Shown: positions 1 through 13,184, numbered from the whole stretch's first letter. The stretch: 63,068 bases of DNA, filler included, from Rhabdomonas costata (GCA_019059605.1; 34 parts of 34 records of this genome joined end to end with filler, not necessarily neighbours in it); one strand, 5' to 3'. Notes: generated by a model from the sequence alone, not told the origin. A program made the numbers and translations.

Positions 1-39
1 GTGTGGGGGGAGGGAGCCGCAAACGATTACCCCTGCTGG

Positions 40-1118
40 GCACAAGTTCTCGGCTGAGTCCTTGCCCGTTTCCGGCTCCCTCCCCGCTTCGCCCCCCTCG
101 CTGTCCTCATCATCGTCGTTGGGGTTGCGAAGGTGCTGTAGCAGCTCCGGCGGGACGTACTTTTGGATGGTCTTTAGTGTGGTGAGAATCCTGAGGCAGG
201 AAGCCTGGGTCTCCGTTGGATTCTGAGCGCGCGCACACACGCAAACCTACATGTGCGCGCGTGTGCACGCGTGCCACCCACAGAGTTGAAGTGCAAAGGG
301 GTGACCACCTGAGTGAGTTTAAAAAAGAATATAATTTGTATTTTAAAAGAATATGATTTTGTAAGGTAACGAACGAAAGAACTCCCATCGTCTCTGCTTC
401 GCTGGCTTGCTCTCAGGACAGCACTCATCAATGTCAGCTTCAGTTTACCAAAAGTCCAGTCTGGTCTATTGGGGGGGGGGGAAACGCCTGGGAGGTAGAT
501 CTCAACCCAATGTGGCGATGCAAGTCAAAGCGAAGCATGTGCACTGGTACTTAGGGTGGGACCCCCTTGGCTTTGTTTCGTCCTTCATCGTAAAATGGCG
601 TTATAACATCACACCCGCCTCCCATACGTCGGACACAAGTCGACTGATTTTTTTTGTGCTATTCAATTGGGTTCTGCACCCCTGAGCCTGACCAGAAACA
701 TCCATTTACACCTCGTGAAATGTGCAACACTCGTCCGCTGAACCTCACCGGTAATACTCCTGCTGAGACCTCAGCACTGCTGCCCACACTGCAGCGATAT
801 TTTCTGGACACCTCCTGACATGTATCCAGGACAAAACACCGCCGATGCACATCCACAAAACTTGCAAGAATCACCGACCGAAGATAACCAAGGCCCCAAA
901 GTCCGCCGTACATCCTAATCCATTCAAGACTCAGACAATCCGCTGCATTCCCAGAAGGGGCCTGCCGAATCGCTCAGGAGAAGAGCACAGTTACCTCGAT
1001 CTTCTCCAGGAAGGCCATCTTCTGCAGGTCAAATGTCGCGATGGACTCCGAGAGCTCCGCTGCGACCATCACATCGTTGAGCTTCGAGTTCATCTCCCGC
1101 AGACGGATGCGCATTTTC
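40..1118 (-). CDS. Partial spliced gene, possibly the region preceding the catalytic domain of a receptor-type adenylate/guanylate cyclase
   Basis: Exons about 1118-995 and 222-about 40 join in phase 0 across a GT-AG intron: ...SESIATFDLQKMAFLEKIE|NPTETQASCLRILTTLKTIQKYVPPELL. The 'KYVP' segment recalls the linker before class III cyclase domains. No catalytic domain is visible. Confidence 0.4.
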
Positions 1119-1758
1119 CTGTGGGCGAAAGGGGGGTTGGCATCTGCTTGGTCGGATTGAAGGGGAAAGAAGCTTCCGTGAAGGAACACAAAACGCCACC
1201 AGCCTCCTGATATCACACAGAGCAGTGCTGCCCTAAAAAATTTCCAGGAGCTGTGAATGCGGGCCACAGTTGGCAATAGTCGAGAACTTGCAAAGATGAA
1301 GTAAAAGCATGCCCGCACAGACGGGGACCAATAGTCCTCAAACATGCAAGCATCCAGTGTCCGGCACAAAAGAACCGCCGCATCAAGGCAAGTGAAGAAA
1401 CAAAAAGGATGTAAGTACGGTATAGCAAATGGAGGTGGAAAAATAGGAGAGGGAACTCAAGTACATAGAGTTGGACGACTGAATTGGAATGCAGAAAGGG
1501 GGGCACAGACGCGCATCACATATGGAAAAGCGAAGAAGAGAACAACTGGGAGGCAGCGGGAAAAAACACAGAAGCAAGAAATTAACAAGGGGGGACAACA
1601 CGGCACAAGAATGGACAAAAGCGGGGTGTCTACCAAAGGTAAGAGAAGAGGAGGTTGTACGTGAGCGCGGTCTTACGAGCCCAAAAAGAACAGGACTAGC
1701 CCTCCAAACGGAGGCCCTTTGTGCCAAAGGGGGGACGGACCCCCTCTCCCCCCCAACA

Positions 1759-1858
1759 NNNNNNNNNNNNNNNNNNNNNNNNNNNNNNNNNNNNNNNNNN
1801 NNTTAATTAATTAANNNNNNNNNNNNNNNNNNNNNNNNNNNNNNNNNNNNNNNNNNNN
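1759..1858. other. Artificial contig linker (first of 33, spaced about every 1.86 kb; the last has its TTAATTAATTAA core at 61257)
   Basis: An identical N-run + TTAATTAATTAA (stops in all six frames) + N-run recurs at regular spacing, and the contigs between are all about 1.76 kb. Confidence 0.99.
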
Positions 1859-2179
1859 TTGTGGTGTTTCGGTTGGTTGCAATTATGGCAAACCGGGGAG
1901 GGGTCCCCCTTCCTCGAAGTAGGTGTAATCCATATTGGAATAAGCATGCACCCTCGTTTCGTTACGGGACCCCTTAGCGCTGCGCGCAGCGCGCAGCGCC
2001 CTTACTTGTGCAGTCTTTATGCATATTGTTTTTGTTACAAATTTTTTTAGGGTTAAATCGGGATAGGGGGGCATTTCGCAATTATACTTTTGCATTTTTT
2101 CTTGCAAGGCTTTGTTATTGCAAAAAAGCAGCAAGGGGGGGGGGGGCGGCATGGAGTTAGCAGCCACCCCGGAGCACCC

Positions 2180-2227
2180 GTGCTTCGGCTACGTGCTTCG
2201 GCTACGTGCTTCGGCTACGTGCTTCGG
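2180..2227 (+). repeat. 13-bp tandem repeat (GTGCTTCGGCTAC), about 3.7 copies
   Basis: Read directly from the sequence. Confidence 0.9.
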
Positions 2228-3957
2228 ATCGCACTTGGACTACTTTGCTGGATAATCAGAGGAATTTGTAATCGCCCCAGCACACCCACCAAAAAGCTAG
2301 CCTGTTATACGTCTACCAGAAAAATTCCAATGGAATCGCTACTCACACCAATAGTTTCCCAACTTGCACGGCAGTTCAACCCGGGTTACTGAGAAATCAT
2401 ATTGGTCAAACTCTAACCAGGACACCCGGTACTAATCACCCAAGTGGGCGAAAAAACCCACCAACCAAAGTGCGCAACCACGGTGGAGACACAAACGCTT
2501 ACCCTCGCAGGAGTACGGCGAGTGAACGTAGTGGATCGGCATTTGATACGAAGAAGGCAAACTCGACCCAAGACTGCATGTTCGAAACGGGAGAAACGAA
2601 CAGGAAAATGCAAAACGTATTTTCGAACCAGCCGAGGGCGAAGCCGAAACAGGTCTGGTGTTTCTAAATCCTTCCTCCTCCTTCCGAAACTGCATCCTTT
2701 TACCTTTACCTTTTAGATCCACTTCTTGCCCCCTTCCCACGTCCAAAATGTTTAATCGAAGGCAAATTATGCACACATGCAGGGGGAGGGGGAAAGCGAT
2801 TGTGGTCGGGACTTCAACAGAAACTCAGATTGCGAAGTTTTACCCATTCAACTGACCCTTTCCAACCCAATTGAGAAGAAAGAAAGAAAGAAACAGGACC
2901 ACTGCCATCATATCAGCATGAGATGAGAGAAGTGCAACAAAAGTGAACCAGCGCAACACAATCTCTTCCAGCTCTCCTCCAAAAAGCAGCAACCACACGT
3001 TCAAACAATACAAAAGTGTAACGCAGCACCAAAGACGCTTGAGTTGCCCTTGAGTTTCGACGTCGTTCGTTCGTCGTTCCCCTCCAGCCAACGACGCAAC
3101 CCCTCTGCTCCCGCACGCTTTCGAGGGAAACCACTCCCCTCGTTTTGCATTGCCGGAAAGCTTCGATTCCTCAGAAGCGCTCTCAGCTCAACCCCCGGCA
3201 CACGGCATAGGGCTAACAAGCAGCAGTCAAACATTCGAAAGCAGCAGCCCCACGGCGCAATCCGTCTTTGTCGTGAGGGAAGGGTTGGGGCAGAAACAAG
3301 AAGAAGAGGGCAGGGCATGTAAAAATATATTAAAATAAAAAATTGTTTCGCGGAATCCAACGCGAATAGGCCGTTCCGTTTCCAACAGTGAGACACGCTG
3401 ACACACATGAAAATCGCAAGTGTACTACTTGGGCTTTTCACCAAAACCCGTGGCAATGTGGCAATGAGCCTCTGGGCCTTGTGCTGATTATCGCGTGCGC
3501 ACTTGGTGCCCACCACGCAGCCTGCTTGTTTGATATTTCTTGTTTACTGTTTGTAATGCTCGCTGAACCAGTGGAGCAGCTCCGCGCAATTTTGTTTCGA
3601 AAAATACTCTGGAANNNNNNNNNNNNNNNNNNNNNNNNNNNNNNNNNNNNNNNNNNNNTTAATTAATTAANNNNNNNNNNNNNNNNNNNNNNNNNNNNNN
3701 NNNNNNNNNNNNNNGGTTTGGGTTTCCCCCGCTGCACATGGTCGGTCTGGCGGGCACCACGAGGAAGCAAGGGGAGCAGGCGCGTCTACTCCGCCATTGA
3801 GCGCAAAAAAAACACAGACACTACACTTTGTTGAACGCTTCTTTCTTGAAAGCAGTCCTAAACTGGTTTTGCTCTCACTTTCACTCTTTCTCTCTCTTTC
3901 TCTATTGCAGTCTTCTGCTTTTCTCTCCTTGTGATATTTGGGCTTCGAGTCTGCTGG

Positions 3958-4542
3958 ATGGCTTCCTGTCTGCATCCTTTGAAACCACTCGCCCGAAAAG
4001 AGGTTCTGCTGCTCCTGCTGACACTGTGTCTTGGCTTCTTGTACGTTTTTTCCGTGGTGGGACCTTCTGACATGATATGGTATCAGCTGAACTGGCGGGC
4101 TGCCCGCAGCCAGGAGATCATCACGGCGTGGTCCCGCGAATCCCAGCTCATGGCCCGCGCTGGTTTCTCGCTTGGGTTTGACTATCTCTTCATGCCGGTC
4201 TACTCCGTGTGCTCGACAATAGCAGTTTTACTGGCGGGTGACCGGCTGCTTGCTCATTTGCCGAGCTGGCCCATGGGCCAGGCCTCCCCCAAGTTTTTTT
4301 CCGGCGTGGCGTGGCTGCAATGTTGGGCTGTGATTTTCGACGCGGTGGAGAATCTGTTCCAAGTTTTTATGCTGTTCAAGCTCCGTGCCGAGCAGCCGTG
4401 GCCCTTTTTGACTGCGGCGTGTGCGTATTCCAAGTGGATGTGCTTGTGTTTAGGAGTGGCTGTGGGGTTTGGGGGTTTGGCTGCTCCTTGGGTATGCGGA
4501 CCTGGGAAGAAGAGTGCGCAGAGTCAGCCGAAGGGACGTTGA
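3958..4542 (+). CDS. Intronless multi-pass membrane protein of unknown function
   Basis: Complete 194-aa ORF from the ATG at 3958, downstream of a pyrimidine tract. It has several hydrophobic helices and the motifs SLGFDYLF and FDAVEN. Confidence 0.75.
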   Translation: MASCLHPLKPLARKEVLLLLLTLCLGFLYVFSVVGPSDMIWYQLNWRAARSQEIITAWSRESQLMARAGFSLGFDYLFMPVYSVCSTIAVLLAGDRLLAHLPSWPMGQASPKFFSGVAWLQCWAVIFDAVENLFQVFMLFKLRAEQPWPFLTAACAYSKWMCLCLGVAVGFGGLAAPWVCGPGKKSAQSQPKGR

Positions 4543-5015
4543 GGTGATGTTGTTTTCTCTCAGAAACACTCTGTGTTGTCAAAGATGCGAATTTGGTTGT
4601 TCTTTCGCGTTTTTGCTGGGGGCCCGGCTGTCTTGGGAAACTTTTATTCTTTCTCGTTTTGCTGCCTTGGGAGCACTTGCCCGAAGTTTGGTTTTCCGGC
4701 TTCTAAAATCCTGGCGTTTTGTTTCTCTCTCTCTATTTTTTGTTCAGCTTCCGAGTAATTTCTTGCTTTTTTCGCTGTTCAGGGAATGCAACCCTAACGC
4801 TAACCCCAAAATCCCTGAAAAAAGCCTGCAATTAATCCCTGCATACCCGAAACGTCAGTTTTGGAGCGTCGTCCTAGGTGATTTCACAAATTACTTTGTT
4901 CGTAGCAACTCTGTTCGTAGCGGATAAAAGCAGCATGGGTTTTGGGTCTGCAATATAATAGCTGGCAGTTGCATGTTTATGTGTCGTTTTCGTGTCTTTG
5001 AAACGTGAGCTCAGG

Positions 5016-5195
5016 CACTTTGAACTTTGAACCTTTTGTTCTTTGAACTTTGAACTGTCTAACAACTTTGATTTGACTTTTGGCTTGGTAAATTGAAGTT
5101 TGAGTATTTCTTGACCTCTTCGCCCGAACGAGAATAATTTGAACTTTGAACTGGGTGGCATGGAATTAAACTCTTTTTGGTCCACATTCAACTTT
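5016..5195 (+). repeat. Degenerate TTTGAAC low-complexity repeat
   Basis: Repeated ctttgaac/tttga units. Confidence 0.7.
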
Positions 5196-7452
5196 GAGGT
5201 TTGTACAACCCTGTCCTAGGTTGCAGGCAACGTGGCACACAGCAGGGGGCGCACGTTCATTGTACCCATTTGCCATGCAAATTTTATCCGACCCCGGTGG
5301 GCAGAATGGTGGGACAGGGGGACGCGCCCTGGGTGTCGTGGGTCGCTTCGCGGCGATACGCGGCCCAGGGGATACCCAGTGCACTGCCTTCCAACTCCCT
5401 GACCTGTGTTGATTGCGTAACATTCAGGCAAGCAGTGCTTCAAACAGCGTTGATGCTCCTGAAAACACCACCNNNNNNNNNNNNNNNNNNNNNNNNNNNN
5501 NNNNNNNNNNNNNNNNTTAATTAATTAANNNNNNNNNNNNNNNNNNNNNNNNNNNNNNNNNNNNNNNNNNNNGGGGGGTTGGGGTCAGCTCAGTTCTAAG
5601 CTTTTTTTTCTGTCAATGCAACCGTTGTTCCGTACAAAAACACAGAGCCGGTGAAGCGCGCTCCAAACACAACATTTTCAGCTGTGGCGACACAATTTCA
5701 CTTGCAAACGTGACCTAATTTTCCCGAACCGTTACAAAAGGGTAAAAACTTCGAGTAAAGATGATTATCATTGGGGCATGTGGCCACCAAGGGCAGACGT
5801 CGTATACCAATATAGGCCAGCACCAAATGCATAGTGTTCTCTTTGCGCATGAGCAGGATAAAAATTCGTGCCGGATGGAAGCGGCGCCGCAGACGCAAGC
5901 GGACGCGAGGTTTCACCGGGTGGCCCAAGGGGACGGAAGGGCAAACATCACGAGGAAAGGCATGGTTGGCAACAAGGTCGGAATATTTTCCATGACGGAC
6001 GGCGCGGGCAGGGCGTCGTTTCTAGCTCCGCCCCTTCAGTGACAGCGGCACTTTTATGTCACCTTTGAGGACAGTGCCCCACGGGGACGGGTACGAAGTG
6101 ATGTCGCGGGTCCGTGGGGGTGTCGGCTTTCGGCGCTTCCGGTTGGCCAAGACGTCGCAGTTCATCTGCTTTCAACTGCCTTGACATTAGATATCCTGGA
6201 TTGGATGACGAGCAAGTGGTGATGGTCGCCGTTTTTGTTGAAGCTGATCTTCGAGTCTGACGCCAGAAGGCATTTCGTCGCAAATTCGTGCCGTTGGTAA
6301 TTGTTGCAGCAACTGTTTGAATGTGTCCCATTCATCTACTCTACATAACAGCGGGGGAAGCTAGAAAGATTAAAGACAACGCAAGCCATAAATAAAGAGG
6401 AGAAAACAAGGCACAAAGGACAGCCGAATCCTTTGACACACAGAAAATTCAGCCAATGTTCACCAAAAAGTGGGGGGAACAGGCGAGTTTTATGAATCAG
6501 ATCGCAGTAGTTTTTTTTCCGAAAGAGACAGGACGGATCTTGAGTTAAAAAAGCCACAAGAGTCGTGGGGTCACGTTCGAGTACAAAAGAAAAACTTCTG
6601 AATTAGCGGGTCAACCAGCCGAACAGTGTTTCTGCGCACTGCCGCTCAATAGCAAAAATGGTGAGGTCCCTTACATGTCATGCGTGATAATCGATCCAAC
6701 ACCCCGCAAATGGAATTGTTGATGCACAATCACACCCGAACACGGTGTGCACATTCGCACACGCACACACAACGAGTGCTTTGTACAGTGGAGGTGGACA
6801 GACAAATCCACCCAGTATTGCTTAATAAGACAGCCACATCTACATACAGCTGGAACTTTAAACACACACACATGCAATAAGTGGATATTATCGGAAGCAG
6901 AGAGGTGGCAGGTGACAAGGTCCCGCACCGAAAACATGACCTGAAACACAAACCGCAGACCATTACGATTCGGCGATGCTCAAAGTTCGGAGCCCACGGT
7001 GGCCTTTTCCACCTCCGCGGCGCGCTAGGAACCTGGAGAAACAGAGACGGTGAAGGAGAAGGGTACCCGAGGGAGCCCCTGTGACGCCTGGGCCCCTTGC
7101 TCACTCAACAACCGGAGCTCCTGCTCGTCGGAGTACCCCGAAAGAAGATCGTACTCCTCAAGCACCTCCAGAACCCGCTGAAGCGCCGTGGCAGGGCCCA
7201 CCCCTGCAAAGAGAAGACAAAGACACCCTACACGACAATTTGAGGAGGAGGACTTCCACGCTCCTCCTTTCACGTGTTCCGCAGTTCCACCGCCACCGCC
7301 AAATGGCCGTTAACTTGGAACGCAAACACANNNNNNNNNNNNNNNNNNNNNNNNNNNNNNNNNNNNNNNNNNNNTTAATTAATTAANNNNNNNNNNNNNN
7401 NNNNNNNNNNNNNNNNNNNNNNNNNNNNNNACAAACACACACAAACCTGTAC

Positions 7453-8929
7453 CCTCCAGCCGTAGTGCTGGGTGCGAAACCCGAAGATAGGGTCCGTCTC
7501 CCAGGCTTGCGCATCGATGTGTCGCGCCAGCTCTGCCTGCTCCTCTGCCGTGACAAACTCCGGAAGAACACTGAACCCTGCAGATATGCGTCAGAGCGGC
7601 GTGTGTGAGCAGGTTTGAGCAGCGTTTCGAGCAGGTTGGGTTGCCCACCCTCCCATTAGTAACCAACAGTTAACATTGCGATAGTTACACTACCACTGTA
7701 CTGTGGAGTGCGAGTGTAAGGGATGAAGTTTTGGGGGAATCACCAAACTTCACCGGGAAAGAAGAAAAACGGAGTTATGCTTTGCTTTGAGGCTATTATT
7801 TTTATTAGTAGTATTATCAGTATTTAGTATTTAGTTTATATTAGTATTATTATTGTCAGTATTAGTATTAAGCAGTAATAGTAATACTAATATTACTATT
7901 AGTATTCAGGCCCCAAGCGTGCGGCTTTGCCGATGCATTTCAAGATGGAAGGGTTGATGAAAGGGTTGCAGACGGGAAAAGGGGATGTGCCTAACACATG
8001 AATACGAAGTTACGGGTACTAAATGCAAGTCGTTGTGACGTTCGGTGATGGGGATATGCGAGGCAGTCGCTCCCGGTCGAACGTGCCTGTGGGACGGAAC
8101 GAGGGGTCCGGCAGGACCTTCTCGTGGAACTGCAGCACCTCCAGAAGCTCCCGGACCTGAGGCTCCGAGGGCCGGGCATCCTCGGGTACCTCCACTCTGA
8201 AAAAACCGAGAAAACCCATAGGTTACCACCCTAACCCAAACCTCACCTCTCCTTACCATTCCATAAGAACGAACAGTGCCGAGAGTGAGCTGCGCACCTC
8301 GTCCTGCATTCAGATTGCAAATTAACGCGCGCAATCCCAACCCAGGCCGGGGTCTCCACAGTGATGATACCACGCTGCCACAAGTTTTTGATATCGTGCT
8401 CCCAATTAAACACGTAGGTATCTTGGGGAGTCACTGTCCCCCAGTCAGGAACCGGGCGGTTGGGTTGGAACGTTCCATTAAGCATAGGGATGGGGGGTGG
8501 GGACTGCGACCGGTGGTGCCCCTCTCCCCGCCCAAATTTAAGAGGCGCCCCCCACTCAGATTCAGGTCTGGTCGGGAGTTCTTGCAGACATTTCGAAACC
8601 CTTCTCACTCCGAAGTGATCCCACACAGCCCATGCCAATCAGTCTTACCCACCCCCCTGCGCAGATAACGACAGAACGCTGGCACGTACTGCGCCGGTCT
8701 TCGAGGAGACTGCCGGGGTGCTGCCCTGGTAGGCCCCGCGGGGCGACCCCTAGAGGGCTCCTCCAAAAGTACATCGCCCGTAGGGTCTTCCCGGTGGGTA
8801 CCGGAGCTGCTTCTGGGCGCGCTGCTGCCCCCGAAGCTGGGCGGCGCTTCGCGGCGGGACTGCTGGGCGGCCCTCTTCTCCTGCGCTTCCCGGAGAAGGG
8901 CTTCCTCCAGTAGACGAACCACGGCGACG
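7453..8929 (-). CDS. AlkB-like 2OG-Fe(II) oxygenase, partial, 3 exons
   Basis: Exons 8929-8690, 8196-8087 and 7577-7453 splice in frame; the second intron is GC-AG. They give ...FRPTG|FSVLPEFVTAEEQAELARHIDAQAWETDPIFGFRTQHYGW, which resembles the ALKBH-family N-terminal motif. Confidence 0.7.
7794..7906. repeat. AT-rich degenerate (TATTAG)n tract inside an intron
   Basis: Read directly from the sequence. Confidence 0.8.
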
Positions 8930-9527
8930 CTGAGAAGCCAAAACACTCTCCTTCCCAAGCACAACGGTCGCGGCTGTGCTGAATGCCGAGTCCAAAAAGT
9001 AGCCCTGTCAGGGGCCCCTGGAACAGACGGAACTTAAAGCATTCCTGTATCACGCAGCCCGAGCGAAAACTGCAGAATACCTACTAGTTTTCAGTCCAAA
9101 GTCGAAATCCAGAAGCACCACGGTAAAATGAGCAAAGAGCGAGCCAACTGACCAAATAACCCTACAAACCATTTCAATACCAAAAACANNNNNNNNNNNN
9201 NNNNNNNNNNNNNNNNNNNNNNNNNNNNNNNNTTAATTAATTAANNNNNNNNNNNNNNNNNNNNNNNNNNNNNNNNNNNNNNNNNNNNTGTTGTGTGGGC
9301 GTCTGCGGTGAATCATAATGACATTAAAAACAAGCAGGGATCCATTTTTAAGGGGCTAAGTTTGTGTTCAGTTAATTCTGGGTCAGCTGCTCCACTGTTT
9401 GCGGTGACGTGAGGATCCAAAGCACTTCTGAAACCCAACCCAGCATATGCATCTGATCTCCAACTTTTCTCACGGAACTACTCCCAATCTGTGACGGCAA
9501 GATTTGGGCGTCATGTTGAACTCAAAC

Positions 9528-9955
9528 GTTTTTCGAATGGGGAAGGCCTGGGTGGTGTAACGGCTGCCGAAGATCTCGGGAAAGGCCCGAGAAAACCGCT
9601 GGCCCAGGTGGTATAGCTCCTCCACGCCTAAGGGGGTGAGCTCGGCTGCATCTTCCTCCTGGTACGGGTTCCGCCAGGAGGGCAGCCACTGCAGGTCTGG
9701 GGCAGAGGGCCGCAGGGTGGAGAAAAGAGCGTGCAGGGCGGAGAACTTGCGGATGTGTTTCAGAGTGGGGTAGCGAGTGCCGTGCCGCACCACGAAATAG
9801 ATATGTCTGGTGTGGCACCCAGTAGGCGGTGGTGTTTTGAGGGGATCCCCCCCAGGGTTGTACAAAGACTTGCTAGCCATGTAAAGGGAGGCATTTTCAC
9901 CGAAAGAGAAGCAGGCACAGCCGCAAAGTAAGAGAAAAAGGGAAAGCAAGCACAT
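9528..9955 (-). CDS. Secreted histidine acid phosphatase, multiple inositol polyphosphate phosphatase (MINPP1)-like, first exon
   Basis: Signal peptide MCLLSLFLLLCGCAC, catalytic RHGTRYP, and LTPLGVEELYHLGQRF; GT donor at 9527. Confidence 0.85.
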
Positions 9956-10447
9956 TTTAATTCTAAAAAGAATAAACCACACCATAAAATCAACGCTCCA
10001 CAAAAAGATGTACAGAAGGCGACGGAGAAACTGGGTAACAACCAATGTACAAGTGGAATCCATGGATCGGAATCCAAGATAAGGGAGAAGCTTGGTAAGT
10101 GGGGTTTCCGAGCGGATATGCGCGAATATGGAGCAGAAAGGAGCATGTGCGTACTTTCTCTTGTGACGCGGGATCATAAGGCTTTGTGCGCATGAGTGCA
10201 GGTGCTCTCCCGCCAGCGTGACTGAGAGCACGCCCGTCCTTCTTTGTGAAAATGGGTGTGGGGGCATTAAGTTCAATCCCCATTCCTCCCACTCTTTTCA
10301 CACAGAAACCGACTAAATCCTAAATGTGCCTTTCCATCAGAGCTGCTTTCAGTTTTGAAAAAAAAAAAAGCATGGAAACATATGGCGGGCACAAAGCAAG
10401 AAAAGAATAACGCAACCGACGAGAACAGCAACGGTAACCAAGGGAAA

Positions 10448-11004
10448 TCAAACACTCCGCCGCTTGACAACAACGAAACGGTCCTTTCCCCCATAGTCCT
10501 GCAGAACTTTGCCCTCTCCCCACATTCCCGTTCTCCCAAACAACTCCGCCACAGCGCGACCCTGAGTGTGGCCCACCTCAAGCCAGACGGCCGCCGTTGT
10601 GGTCCTGGACACACATCGATCAAGCTCGTCCGCTAATCTTTTATAAACCTCAAGCCCCGTAGGCCCACCCAGCAATGCCAGCGGGGGCTCAAAGTGCGCC
10701 ACAGAGGCAGGCAACGCGTAAAACTCTGGCTCGGAAAGGTATGGTGGGTTGCACACAACAACATCAGCCACCTGACTACGTAGTGCAGGGTGCTCCAGCC
10801 AGACGCTGCAAAGATCCCCGCACAGTAGCTCCGCTGGCAGCCCAAGCCGGGAGGAATTCAGGTGAGCCACCCGAAGTGCAGCATGGGAAATGTCGGAGAG
10901 TACCACCGAGGCCGAAGGGAAGCGATGCTTCAGGCTAAGCCCCAGGCAACCGGAGCCACAGCAAAGATCCCAAATCAATGGCACACAGCCCGACGGCAGT
11001 AGCT
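10448..11004 (-). CDS. prmC: Release-factor glutamine N5-methyltransferase (PrmC/HemK), terminal exon
   Basis: SAM-binding DLCCGSGC, NPPY, EPPLALLGG and C-terminal DYGGKDRF; a tttatttcag acceptor lies at 11005. Confidence 0.9.
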
Positions 11005-11146
11005 CTGAAATAAAACAGAAGCGCCAAGACGCATGTAGCGTCCACCNNNNNNNNNNNNNNNNNNNNNNNNNNNNNNNNNNNNNNNNNNNNTTAATTAATT
11101 AANNNNNNNNNNNNNNNNNNNNNNNNNNNNNNNNNNNNNNNNNNNN

Positions 11147-12851
11147 GTTGTGGGGGCTGAAGTGTCCCCCATTGGTGTACCGAGCGAAGAGAAGGTTTGG
11201 GTTGATCTCAGTGGAGTGCCTATGCGGGAAGGGGAGGAAAGGTGTGCCACGGAAGCTTGGTGCAGCAAGCATCCCTGGTCAATGCCAGTCGGCAATCATA
11301 TGCAAAGTAAGGCAACAGCATTGTGTGAAGAACGCACCCTTTGGACTGGACGGTGCGCACACACCAGATAGCGAGGAGGGCATAAAGCAGGAGGAGAGAG
11401 TTCGAGTAAAAGAGGGGGGAGTTACTGACCAGAAGCCGTCGGAGCCACGGTCGGCCTGCTCTTCGGTTAACTCTTCATGCTCAGGGCAGAAGTCGCGGAC
11501 ACGACTCCATATGTAGGCTGCCTGCACGCGGGGTGACGCACACAATGGAACAAGCTGAAACAAAAATTGAGAAACGCGAACAGTTCACACCAAAAAACAT
11601 CACATGAAGCCTAAAGCCTACCGCTCAGTTGCACACCTTTCGTTGCAATTCTGAAAGAGGTTTTGCTCGTTGGCTTTGTTTTCCTTGGCATTACAACCTG
11701 GGAGACTACGCCACCATGGTTTGTTTCTTGGTCACCAAAGGCCCTCTGTTAGTTTCCACATAATTCGGATGAAAGGACGACACAAATGCTCCTCTGTTTA
11801 GAATTTGCCCTTCGGGCTGGGCACCGGGTCAGACCTCAAGCTCGCTGACGGAAAGGGAACTGCAATGAAAATACGGGGAGCTCAGAAAAGGAGCTAAACA
11901 CTTTCGTGTGCATTCCAGCCCAAAACCAAAACACCAACTTCAGGACCAGAGAGAGACAGATCAACGCAGTCCAAGCTACTAGAGCGCCCTCAGTTGTCAA
12001 CAAATTCATCCCTGCGTGTGAACCCTACGACATCTGACTGCACCAGCTATGATGGATGACAGCGCAGTGATTCGTCTGCTCCCGATTTCTTCCTACTGTG
12101 GATGCATTCTGCCTTGCTCACCATGTCACTTGCTTGCAAATAAAACTGCTTGTGCATTTGTTCTTTGAACTCAGTCAAACCAATTGTTCATTGTTTTGAG
12201 TGACGAATCTCAGCAGTTGCGTAACTTAAAAAACACAATTACCATGGAAATGTCATGTTATGGGAAACTGAGTCAATTACCCCTGCTCTCAACAATGTTC
12301 CAACCTTAACACCCACACCGGACACTCGCAAAGGAAAGGGAGAGAGCAGGACCCCACCAAAGCAGGGTGTGTGAGCTCCACTGTGTCCACGTTTCGGTAG
12401 TCCTTGTTTGGGGCCAAGGGGTTCCAGAAGGAGTACTGCATCTCCTCCGCGGCCTCACAGAGCAGCCTACACTGCTCTGCGCTTAAAAAAACACCAGAAA
12501 CAGCAAAAGCGGTGGAAGAAAGGACGGAAACACGCGCCAGTGTAACCGGAAGTTGCACAGGAAGACGATAACTATTGGTCACATGGTGTGGGTCTGGGTT
12601 CACATCTGGGGAAGTGCTTCTAATTGACGAGCATTCAAAAATGTGAGATGCTGGGCGGGAACGAACGGAATGCAAATGCCTGCTCCCATATGCCTGAAAA
12701 TATCGTGCAGAACAAAGGCCTTGTCCAGCACGACTTCTTTCCTGACTGTTGGGGTAGGGTCAGTCAAGCTCAGCGCGAGCTCAATCTTGGGGCTGCCCTG
12801 GGCCTCCGCTTTGACAACCGGCCGGACGTACCCCAATGACGGCATCGCCAT
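11147..12851 (-). CDS. Prolyl-4-hydroxylase-like 2OG-Fe(II) oxygenase, first 4 exons
   Basis: Exons 12851-12694, 12481-12358, 11521-11430 and 11219-11147 splice in frame (intron 1 is GC-AG): VLHDIFSAEQC...YRNVDTV...AAYIWSRV...WHSTEINPNLLFARYTNGGHFSPH. Confidence 0.85.
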
Positions 12852-13009
12852 TTTTGAATTTTTGCCTCTCTCAACCCGTCACCCAGCGTGAAAAAAACCC
12901 ACACNNNNNNNNNNNNNNNNNNNNNNNNNNNNNNNNNNNNNNNNNNNNTTAATTAATTAANNNNNNNNNNNNNNNNNNNNNNNNNNNNNNNNNNNNNNNN
13001 NNNNTTGTG

Positions 13010-13168
13010 GTGGTTTAATCTCTTTTCCCAAATACGCTACAAAACGAAATCTTGCAACAAATTGCTATCCTTCATGGACTACAGTATCCACTACTGTGGT
13101 CAATGAAGGATAGCAATTTGTTGCAAGGTTCCATTTTGTAGCGTATTTGGGAAAAGAGATTAAACCAC
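13010..13168. repeat. Long imperfect inverted repeat (77-nt arms, 5-nt loop)
   Basis: The arms pair with 5 non-Watson-Crick positions. Confidence 0.95.
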
Positions 13169-13184
13169 TCCATTAACCACCCAG

